64,000 bases of DNA from Propionibacteriaceae bacterium (GTDB taxonomy: Bacteria > Actinomycetota > Actinomycetes > Propionibacteriales > Propionibacteriaceae): assembly GCA_052094425.1 (NCBI GenBank), contig JBQDIN010000007.1:1054-65053 (forward strand). Direction: 5' to 3'. Made by a program: the position numbers and the translations under genes. This document shows positions 45,954-57,411 of the stretch, one piece after another; within the stretch, counting starts at the first letter, position 1, and every line of letters begins with the position of its first letter. The notes beneath the pieces were generated by a model. That model had not been told where the DNA came from. It saw only the letters and a list, made by a program, of their open reading frames with translations, and did not search any database.

Positions 45954-47468
45954 TCAGGATCCCGGCCGCAACACCGGGAACAGGATGGTCTCGCGGATAC
46001 CGGCGTCGGTGAACAGCATCACCAACCGGTCGATGCCGAGGCCGAGGCCGCCCATCGGCGGGGCACCGAACTCCAACGCGGCCAGGAAGTCCTCGTCCAA
46101 CTGCATCGCCTCCGGATCCCCCGCAGCGGCCTGCAGCGACTGGGCGGTCAGTCGCTCCCGCTGGATCACCGGGTCGATCAACTCGGAGAATCCGGTACCG
46201 CGCTCCACCCCGCCGATGATCAGGTCCCAGGCCTCGATCTTGTTCGGCTCGCTGCGGTGCGGGCGGGCCAGCGGCTGGGCCGACGGCGGGTAGTCGCAGA
46301 CGAAGGTGGGCTGCAGCAGGGTCGGCTCGACCAGGTCCTCGAAGAGTTCCAGGACCACCTTCTCGGCCCCCCACGCCGGCTCCACCTCGACCTGGTGGCG
46401 TGCGGCGAGGGTGCGCAACTCGGCGACCGGAGTGTCGGGGGTGACCTCGGCGCCGACCACCTCGGACAGGCCGGGGTAGACGCCGAGCCAGCCCCACTCC
46501 CCGTCCAGGTCGATCCGGCCGGCCGGGGTGTCGATCACCCGGGAACCGAGCAGGTCCGCACAGTCGACGATGATCTGCTGCGTCAGGGCGGCGATGGACC
46601 GCTGGTCCCCCCACGCCTGGTAGACCTCCAGCATCGTGAACTCGGCGCTGTGGGTGGAGTCGATCCCCTCATTGCGGAAGATCCGACCCATCTCGTACAC
46701 CCGGTCGATGCCGCCGACGACGGCCCGCTTCAGGAACAGCTCCAGCGCGATCCGCAGGGTCATCGAGACGTCGAAGGCGTTCAGGTGGGTGTTGAAGGGG
46801 CGAGCGGTCGCGCCGCCGTGGATCGCCTGCAGGACGGGGGTCTCGATCTCCAGGTAGCCGTCCGCGTGCAGGGTCTCGCGGATGCTGCGGGTGATCGCGG
46901 CCCGGGTCCGGACCATCTGTCGGGCGTCCTCGCGCACCGTCAGGTCGACGTGGCGCTGGCGGACCCGCACCTCGTCGGAGAGTTCCTTGTGCAGGGTGGG
47001 CATCGGTCGCAGCGCCTTGGCGGCCAGGGTCCACTCGGTCGCCATCACCGACAACTCGCCGCGGCGAGACGAGATCACCCGACCGGTGACGGAGACGAAG
47101 TCACCGAGGTCGATGTCGGCCTTCCACGCCGCGAGGGACTCCTCGCCCACCTCGGCCAGGGACAGCATCACCTGCAGTCGGGTGCCGTTGTCGTCGAGGG
47201 TTGGGCCCTCCTGGAGAGCGGCGAAGCACAACTTGCCGGTGTTTCGGACGAACACGACGCGCCCGACGACGCTGACGACGTCCTCGGTCTCCGCGCCGGT
47301 TTCGAGGTGCCCCCACTGCTCCCGTACGGCGCGCAGCGCGTGGGTGCGCGGCACCGTGACCGGGTAGGGCTCGCGTCCCTCGGCGACCAACTTGGCGCGC
47401 TTCTCCTGTCGGACCCGGATCTGCTCGGGTACGGATGCTGCCAGGTCGTCGTAGTCGCTCACCGTCAC
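45954..47468 (-). CDS. lysS: Lysine--tRNA ligase (class II)
   Basis: RNTGKLCF OB domain, GGATARPF, LRIALELFLKR, GRIFRNEG, HSAEFTMLE, GAPPMGGLGLGIDRL. Confidence 0.96.
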   Translation of the reverse strand: MTVSDYDDLAASVPEQIRVRQEKRAKLVAEGREPYPVTVPRTHALRAVREQWGHLETGAETEDVVSVVGRVVFVRNTGKLCFAALQEGPTLDDNGTRLQVMLSLAEVGEESLAAWKADIDLGDFVSVTGRVISSRRGELSVMATEWTLAAKALRPMPTLHKELSDEVRVRQRHVDLTVREDARQMVRTRAAITRSIRETLHADGYLEIETPVLQAIHGGATARPFNTHLNAFDVSMTLRIALELFLKRAVVGGIDRVYEMGRIFRNEGIDSTHSAEFTMLEVYQAWGDQRSIAALTQQIIVDCADLLGSRVIDTPAGRIDLDGEWGWLGVYPGLSEVVGAEVTPDTPVAELRTLAARHQVEVEPAWGAEKVVLELFEDLVEPTLLQPTFVCDYPPSAQPLARPHRSEPNKIEAWDLIIGGVERGTGFSELIDPVIQRERLTAQSLQAAAGDPEAMQLDEDFLAALEFGAPPMGGLGLGIDRLVMLFTDAGIRETILFPVLRPGS

Positions 47469-47574
47469 AGGGTATCGAGCCACTCCCGCATGTCACCGGG
47501 CGGAATGCACCGCCTCGACGGGCAGTGCGGCCTAGTCTGGGTGGGTAGCACCGTCACCGTCTCCAGGAGTTCTC

Positions 47575-51369
<3,795 letters not shown>

Positions 51370-51473
51370 CCCGGCTCGGCTGGTCGGCCGTCAACGTCGC
51401 TGCGGTCGAGCCGGACCAGCCGTGTCGGGTGGGGATGTGTCGCGACGGCCCGCCGGATGAGTAGTGTCGGGGC

Positions 51474-53087
51474 ATGGCAGACCTCCTCGAGCAGTACACG
51501 TGTGGAGCAGCCCACGACGAGATGATGGACCCGACCGGGCAGATCCGCCCGGCGTACGCTGCGATGGCCTCGTCCTTGGCCGAGGTGTCGGCCGAGGAAC
51601 TGCGCTCCATCGCGGACGCGCTGGCGAGCAACTACATCGACGCCGGAGTCACCTTCGACATCGGCGGGGTGGAGCGACCCTTCCCCCTGGACGTGGTGCC
51701 CCGCATCATCGCCGCGGCCGAATGGGACACGATCGACGCCGGCGTCTCTCAGCGGGTCCGTGCCCTGGAAGCCTTCCTGGCCGACGTGTACGGCGACGCC
51801 CGGGTGATTCGCGATGGCGTGGTCCCCCGCCGGTTGATCACCTCCTCGGCGCACTACCAGCGAGCCGTGTGGGGCGCCCACCCGCACAACGGGGTCCGCA
51901 TCCACGTCGCCGGGGTCGACCTGATCCGCGACCCCGAGGGGAACGTGCGGGTGCTGGAGGACAACGTCCGGGTGCCCAGCGGGGTCTCCTACGTGATGAC
52001 CAACCGGTCGGCGATGATCACCGCGATGCCGGACACCTTCAGTCGGCAGCGGATCCGGCCGGTGGCGGGCTATCCGCAGCACCTGCTGGCGGCGTTGCGC
52101 GCCGCCGCGCCGAACGGGGTGGACGACCCGACCGTGGCGGTGATGACCCCCGGCGTCTACAACTCGGCCTACTTCGAGCACACCCTGCTGGCCCGCACGA
52201 TGGGCGTCGAGCTGGTCGAGGGCCGCGACCTCGAGTGTCGGCGGGGCAAGGTCTACATGCGCACCACGCTCGGCATGCAGCGGGTGGATGTGATCTACCG
52301 CCGCATCGACGACGACTTCATCGACCCGGTGCACTTCCGCAGCGATTCGATGCTGGGCGTTCCCGGTCTGGTCAACGCGGTCCGCACCGGCGGGGTGACG
52401 CTGGCGAACGCCCTGGGCAACGGGGTCGCCGATGACAAACTGCTCTACACCTACGTACCGGACCTGATCCGCTACTACCTGAACGAGGAGCCGGTGATCG
52501 ACAACGTCGACACCTGGCGGCTCGAGGAACCGGAGGCTCGCGAGGAGGTGCTCGACCGGCTGGACGAGTTGGTGGTGAAGCCGGTGGACGGCTCCGGCGG
52601 CAAGGGCATCGTGATCGGCCCGCACGCCAGCCGCGCCGAGCTGGACGAGCTGCGCGGCAAGCTCCTGACCGACCCCCGTGGCTGGATCGCCCAACCACTG
52701 GTCCAGTTGTCCACGGTGCCCACCCTGATCGACGAGCACCTGGCCCCACGGCACGTCGACCTCCGTCCGTTCGCGGTGAACAACGGTGACGACATCTGGG
52801 TGCTGCCCGGCGGGCTGACCCGGGTCGCCCTCCCCGAGGGGGAGTTGGTGGTGAACAGCAGCCAGGGCGGCGGCAGCAAGGACACCTGGGTGTTGAGCGG
52901 CCCGCACCCGGCCGCCGAACCCGAGCTGGAGGAGCCGGCCGAGCAGCGCATCATCGAACTGCCACCGGACGTGACCGCGCCGTCGATGCCGATCGAGCCT
53001 GATCCGATCGACCACCGCCAACAGGAACAGCAGCAACAGGAGGAACAAGAACACCGCGGACCCGAGCAGGGAGGTTCGACATGCTGA
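51474..53087 (+). CDS. Circularly permuted type 2 ATP-grasp protein (Rv2411c-like)
   Basis: RPFPLDVVPR, VLEDNVRVPSGVSY, YNSAYFEH, VDVIYRRIDD, KPVDGSGGKG, RHVDLRPF, VNSSQGGGSKDTW; Q/E-rich tail. Confidence 0.93.
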   Translation: MADLLEQYTCGAAHDEMMDPTGQIRPAYAAMASSLAEVSAEELRSIADALASNYIDAGVTFDIGGVERPFPLDVVPRIIAAAEWDTIDAGVSQRVRALEAFLADVYGDARVIRDGVVPRRLITSSAHYQRAVWGAHPHNGVRIHVAGVDLIRDPEGNVRVLEDNVRVPSGVSYVMTNRSAMITAMPDTFSRQRIRPVAGYPQHLLAALRAAAPNGVDDPTVAVMTPGVYNSAYFEHTLLARTMGVELVEGRDLECRRGKVYMRTTLGMQRVDVIYRRIDDDFIDPVHFRSDSMLGVPGLVNAVRTGGVTLANALGNGVADDKLLYTYVPDLIRYYLNEEPVIDNVDTWRLEEPEAREEVLDRLDELVVKPVDGSGGKGIVIGPHASRAELDELRGKLLTDPRGWIAQPLVQLSTVPTLIDEHLAPRHVDLRPFAVNNGDDIWVLPGGLTRVALPEGELVVNSSQGGGSKDTWVLSGPHPAAEPELEEPAEQRIIELPPDVTAPSMPIEPDPIDHRQQEQQQQEEQEHRGPEQGGSTC

Positions 53088-54016
53088 GCCGGATCGCCGA
53101 GTCGCTGTTCTGGATCGGTCGCTACACCGAGCGCGCCGACGACACCTCCCGGATGCTGCAGGTCCACCTGCGGCTCCAGGTCGAGGACCCGTGGGTGGTC
53201 GAGGCCGACTCGGCCCGCTCGCTGCTCACCCTGCTCGGGGTCGATCCGAACGAGATCGATCCGGAGCCCACCGCTGACGACCTCAACCGACTCCTCGGCT
53301 ACGACCTGACCAGCCCGGCGTCGATCGTGTCCTGCTGGTCTGCCGCGCGCGACAACGCCCGGCGGGCCCGCGAGGTGATCCCGGCGGAGTTGTGGGAGTG
53401 CATCAACACCACCTGGCACCAGCTCCCCTCGGGACGGTTCCGGCCGGGCCGCAGCAACACCTTCTTGGAGTGGACCCGGGAGCGCAGCTCGCTCTTCATC
53501 GGGACCGCCCGCTCCAGCATGGTGCGCGACGAGGGATGGGAGTTCCTGTTGCTCGGGCGGAGTCTGGAGCAGGCCGACATGACCTCGCGACTGGTCTCGG
53601 CGGCCTCCCTGTCGGGCACCACCCCGTGGCCGGCCGTGCTGCGCGGCTGCGGTGCGCACGACGCGTTCCTGCGTACCTACCGCGGCTTCCGGGCGGATCG
53701 GGAGGCAGCCGAGTTCCTGATCCTGGACTCCCGTTTCCCGCGCTCGGTGATGCACGGGCTGAACCGGGCCATCGAGTCGCTGACCAAGATCATCAGCACC
53801 CATCACGGTGGCAGCCGGGAGACCGAGGAGGCGCTGCGTCAGCTGGGTCGGATCCGTGCCCACCTGGAGTACTCCACCCTCGACGACCTGATGGACTCGC
53901 TGAACCAGGAGATGGCCGCCGTACAGAACTCCTGCGACCTCGCCACCCGGGCCATCACCCGCTCCTTCTTCGCCGTCCAGGACCCGACCGCCTGGACCAC
54001 CGAGGAGGTGAGCTGA
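53081..54016 (+). CDS. Alpha-E domain protein (DUF403, Rv2410c-like)
   Basis: MLSRIAESLFWIGRYTERAD, ARDNARRAREVIPAELWECIN, FPRSV. Confidence 0.93.
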   Translation: MLSRIAESLFWIGRYTERADDTSRMLQVHLRLQVEDPWVVEADSARSLLTLLGVDPNEIDPEPTADDLNRLLGYDLTSPASIVSCWSAARDNARRAREVIPAELWECINTTWHQLPSGRFRPGRSNTFLEWTRERSSLFIGTARSSMVRDEGWEFLLLGRSLEQADMTSRLVSAASLSGTTPWPAVLRGCGAHDAFLRTYRGFRADREAAEFLILDSRFPRSVMHGLNRAIESLTKIISTHHGGSRETEEALRQLGRIRAHLEYSTLDDLMDSLNQEMAAVQNSCDLATRAITRSFFAVQDPTAWTTEEVS

Positions 54017-54087
54017 GTGCCCGCACCGTCCCATCGTGACCAGCAGGTCCCAGCCCAGCGGGCCGCAGACCAGCAAGGAGGCACCGG

Positions 54088-54939
54088 ATGCGCCTGAGCA
54101 TTGAGCACGTGACCGGATTCAGCTACTCGTCTCCGGTCGGTGCCTCCTACAACGAGGCCCGGATGACCCCGGTCTCCGACGCCGGCCAGACCGTGTGGAG
54201 CAGCCGGGTCAGCATCGACCCGTCCCCGTGGAGCTACACCTGGACCGACTACTGGGGTACCGGGGTCACCACCTTCGAGATCCACGAACCGCACGAGCGG
54301 ATGACGGTCGCCTCGCACGCGGTGGTGGACACCCACGGCGACACGGTCGAGTGGGACACCGAGCGTCGGGTGCTGCCCGAGGACCTCGGGTGGTCCGCGC
54401 TGCAGGACACCGGGGATGCGATGACGGAGTTCCTGGTGGTCCGCGAACGCACCCGCCCCAGCCCGGAGATGATCGGCGCCCTGGATGGCGTCGACACCTC
54501 CCAGCCGCCGCGACTCGCGGCCCTGGACGTGTGCCAGTTGATCAGTGACCACCTGGTGTACGAGCCGGGCTCGACCGCCGTGTCCTCGCGCGCCTCGGAG
54601 GTGTGGGCCGGCGGCCGCGGGGTGTGCCAGGACTTCTCCCACGTCGCCGTCGGCGCGCTGCGCCACCTCGGCGTCCCGGCCCGCTACGTCTCGGGCTACC
54701 TGCACCCGCAGGGTCGCAGCGCCACCAACGAGCCGGTGATCGGCGAGAGCCACTCCTGGGTGGAGTGGTGGTGCGGACAGTGGGTGGCCTTCGACCCGAC
54801 CAGCATGGGCCGGATCACCGAGGACTACGTCCGGGTGGGCCACGGGCGCGACTACGCCGACGTCCCCCCGCTGCGGGGCACCTACTCCGGAGGTGAGTCG
54901 AAGATGTTCGTGACGGTGAAGTTGACCCAACTGGGCTGA
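54088..54939 (+). CDS. Transglutaminase-like protein (Rv2409c-like)
   Basis: N-terminal IEHVT.F.Y...SYNEARMTP; triad GVCQDFSH (Cys), HSWVE (His), FDPT (Asp); GRDYADVPP. Confidence 0.93.
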   Translation: MRLSIEHVTGFSYSSPVGASYNEARMTPVSDAGQTVWSSRVSIDPSPWSYTWTDYWGTGVTTFEIHEPHERMTVASHAVVDTHGDTVEWDTERRVLPEDLGWSALQDTGDAMTEFLVVRERTRPSPEMIGALDGVDTSQPPRLAALDVCQLISDHLVYEPGSTAVSSRASEVWAGGRGVCQDFSHVAVGALRHLGVPARYVSGYLHPQGRSATNEPVIGESHSWVEWWCGQWVAFDPTSMGRITEDYVRVGHGRDYADVPPLRGTYSGGESKMFVTVKLTQLG

Positions 54940-55013
54940 TCGGGCGCGCCCGTCGTCGTTTTCCCGGCCCGCGCCCCCTTGGGGCCGCCCCCGCGGACCA
55001 GTACGGTGGACCC

Positions 55014-55979
55014 ATGAGTAGCTATGGCGGCCAACCTCCCACTGGCAACCCGTACGGCCAGCAGAATCCGTATGGTCAGGGACAGAACCCGTACGGGCAG
55101 CCCCAGCAGCCGAACCCGTATGGCCAGCCCCAGCAGCAGAACCCCTACGGGCAGCCACAGCAGCCGAACCCGTACGGCCAGCCCCAGCAGCAGAACCCCT
55201 ACGGCCAGCCCTCGGCAAACCAGCCCTATGGGCAGCAGTCGGCGAGCCAGCCGTACGGCCAGCAGTCCGCCGGCCAGCCGTACGGCCAGCAGTCCGCCAG
55301 CCAGGCCTACGGCCAGCCCTCCGCCCCGCCGCCGTCACCCCCGGAGCCGGTCCTGGAGATGGCCAAGCGCGACATCCCGGTCTCCAGCACCGAGTCCCTG
55401 CCGGGCCGCGAAGTCACCGCAGTGCTCGGCGAGGTGCTCGGCGTGGTCGCCCGGGCTCGCGAGTTGCCGGCCGACGTCCAGACGAATCGGGCGAAGGAGT
55501 ACGTGGCGATGCTGACCCGCTCCCGCCAGGATGCGGTCGACGCGCTGGTCGAGATGGCCCAGGACGCCGGTGCGGACGCGGTGGTCGGCCTCCGCTTCGA
55601 CAGCAGTGAGATCTCCCAGCACCTGAGCGAGGTGTCCGCCTACGGCACGGCCGTCACCCTGGCCGGCAGCACCACCGGGGACGCCGCCTCGACCGAGGCC
55701 GATGTCGCCACGGATGCCCCGACCGGGACCGACCCGGCCACCGGCGCGCCGAGCGACGGTTCCCAGCCGCCTGCTCCCGAGCAGCCGCCGGCACCCACCC
55801 CGGATTTCAGTCAGGCCCCCGATCCCAGTCAGGTCTCCGATCCCAGTCAGGCCCCGGCTCCCGGGCAGCCGTACGACACCGCAGATCCGTACGCCCAGCC
55901 CGGCCGGTACGCCCAGGCCGATGACGGGGACGACAGTCGGACCACCCTCCGCCCGCCCGGGTGGAATCCGCAGGGCTGA
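55014..55979 (+). CDS. YbjQ/UPF0145-domain protein with N-terminal PYGQ repeats and low-complexity tail
   Basis: Central VSSTESLPGREV...LG.V...SRQDAVDALVEMAQDAGADAVVGLRFD...EVSAYGTAV; leaderless TACGGT + 6 nt + ATG. Confidence 0.85.
   Translation: MSSYGGQPPTGNPYGQQNPYGQGQNPYGQPQQPNPYGQPQQQNPYGQPQQPNPYGQPQQQNPYGQPSANQPYGQQSASQPYGQQSAGQPYGQQSASQAYGQPSAPPPSPPEPVLEMAKRDIPVSSTESLPGREVTAVLGEVLGVVARARELPADVQTNRAKEYVAMLTRSRQDAVDALVEMAQDAGADAVVGLRFDSSEISQHLSEVSAYGTAVTLAGSTTGDAASTEADVATDAPTGTDPATGAPSDGSQPPAPEQPPAPTPDFSQAPDPSQVSDPSQAPAPGQPYDTADPYAQPGRYAQADDGDDSRTTLRPPGWNPQG
55086..55328 (+). repeat. Nine tandem 27-bp (9-aa) coding repeats, (N/Q)PYGQ(P/Q)xxx
   Basis: NPYGQPQQP, NPYGQPQQQ, NPYGQPQQP, NPYGQPQQQ, NPYGQPSAN, QPYGQQSAS, QPYGQQSAG, QPYGQQSAS, QAYGQPSAP. 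Confidence 0.92.
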
Positions 55980-56039
55980 TCGACTGGTCGGTTCCTCAAA
56001 GGTCTGGCGCAACCGCGCGAGCCACGGTACAAAGGGGCC

Positions 56040-56240
56040 ATGAGCGGAGACAGCAAGAGTGGCCAGGGCGGCACCGAGAGTGCCGCCGAGGAGACCAAGC
56101 GCAAGTTCCGCGAGGCGCTGGAGAAGAAGCAGCAACAGCATTCCGATGGCGAAGACCACACGGACGCGGATCCACATCCCCACCTGGACACCCACGGTCC
56201 AGTGGCGGAGAAGAAGGTCTTCCGACGCAAGACCGGCTGA
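56040..56240 (+). CDS. Small DUF5302-like protein
   Basis: TKRKFREALEKK...HGP...FRRKTG pattern. Confidence 0.7.
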   Translation: MSGDSKSGQGGTESAAEETKRKFREALEKKQQQHSDGEDHTDADPHPHLDTHGPVAEKKVFRRKTG

Positions 56241-56246
56241 GGGTAG

Positions 56247-56600
56247 ATGATCATGGACAGTGCAGCGCCCTGGAACGTCGAGGTTCTTGCCGACGAGTTG
56301 GCCGAGCGAGCCCGGGAGGATACGGCTGGCCGGGCTGCCAAGCACCTGTCCGGCGGGCCCGACTCGACCATGACGCACACCGTCATCGCCCTCACCGAGG
56401 GGTCGGAACTCTCCGAACACGAGAACCCGGGTGAGGCGTCGGTCCTGGTGCTGGCCGGACACGTACGTCTGGATGACCCGGAGGGCTCAGCGGAGGGCCG
56501 GCAGGGTGACCTGCTGGTCGTGCCGCCGCGGCGGCACGGGTTGACCGCACTGGCCGACTCGGTGGTACTGCTCACCGCGGTCAAGTTGCACGCCCACTGA
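56247..56600 (+). CDS. Cupin-domain protein
   Basis: HTVIAL..G.ELSEHENPGEASVLVLAG...GDLLVVPPRRHGLTA. Confidence 0.8.
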   Translation: MIMDSAAPWNVEVLADELAERAREDTAGRAAKHLSGGPDSTMTHTVIALTEGSELSEHENPGEASVLVLAGHVRLDDPEGSAEGRQGDLLVVPPRRHGLTALADSVVLLTAVKLHAH

Positions 56601-56612
56601 TCGAGCCACGCC

Positions 56613-56641
56613 CTTGTTCAGGTTTGCTTCTTGTTCAGGTT
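56613..56641. repeat. 12-bp AT-rich direct repeat CTTGTTCAGGTT x2
   Basis: Exact copies at 56613-56624 and 56630-56641 between convergent stop codons; partial third copy GTTTCAGG follows. Confidence 0.75.
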
Positions 56642-56644
56642 GTT

Positions 56645-57322
56645 TCAGGCCGACTGGAGGCGGATCCCGGCGGCTGAGACCGACCAGGTCACGTAGGACA
56701 GGTCGGGCACCACTGCGTCGGCGTGGTTCGCCAACAAGTCCGCGGGCGTCGTCGTCACTACGGCCAGGCTGGCACAGCCGGCCGCGCGGGCACCGGTCAG
56801 TCCGGATACCGCGTCCTCGACCACCAGGCAGCGCGCTGGATCGGCCCCGAGTCGCTCAGCGGCCACCAGGAAGGGATCCGGTGCCGGCTTGCCGCGCTCG
56901 ACGTCGTCCACGGTGACCAGTACGGGCGGCATCGACAACGCGCTCGCCGCCAAGCGGGCGGCGGCCAGCGGGGCGGTGCACGAGGTGGCGATGGCGAAGC
57001 GTCGGCGCTGCAGGGCGACGAAGGCCTCCGCGGCTCCGGGAAGCGTGCCGATGTCGTGGGTGTCGGCCAGTTCCAGTTCGGAGATCCGGGCCAGCGCGGC
57101 GGCTCGCCGCTCGGCCGGAATCAACTTGTCCACGATGCCCGCGGCCGGATAGCCGTGGTGGCCGGCCAGTTGCTCGGCGGTCAGTTCGTACTCGATGGCC
57201 CACTGGGTCCAGGACCGTTCGACCGCGGGGGTGGAGTCGATCAAGGTGCCGTCCATGTCGAAGATCACCGCCTCGAACACCGCGTCCGCCAGTGCCCCCC
57301 ACTGCACCTCGACCTCGCCCAC
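56645..57322 (-). CDS. HAD-IA family phosphatase (sugar-phosphatase-like)
   Basis: FDMDGTLIDS, IATS, RGKPAPDPF, VVEDAVSG. Confidence 0.92.
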   Translation of the reverse strand: MGEVEVQWGALADAVFEAVIFDMDGTLIDSTPAVERSWTQWAIEYELTAEQLAGHHGYPAAGIVDKLIPAERRAAALARISELELADTHDIGTLPGAAEAFVALQRRRFAIATSCTAPLAAARLAASALSMPPVLVTVDDVERGKPAPDPFLVAAERLGADPARCLVVEDAVSGLTGARAAGCASLAVVTTTPADLLANHADAVVPDLSYVTWSVSAAGIRLQSA

Positions 57323-57411
57323 GCCACCTTCTCCTCATGTCCACCGGTCCCGCCCTCCATCCTCCCGCACGCCTGCGCGAAGGCGGGGACTGGGCCGCGG
57401 ACCAGCCCGGG

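Noticed and set aside
47484-47574. SAM or cobalamin riboswitch upstream of metH
   Set aside because: The intergenic region is only about 100 bp, is shared with the divergent lysS promoter, and has no recognisable conserved core.
55030-55330. Regularly spaced repeats as a CRISPR array
   Set aside because: They are in-frame 27-bp coding repeats with no unique spacers and no cas genes.
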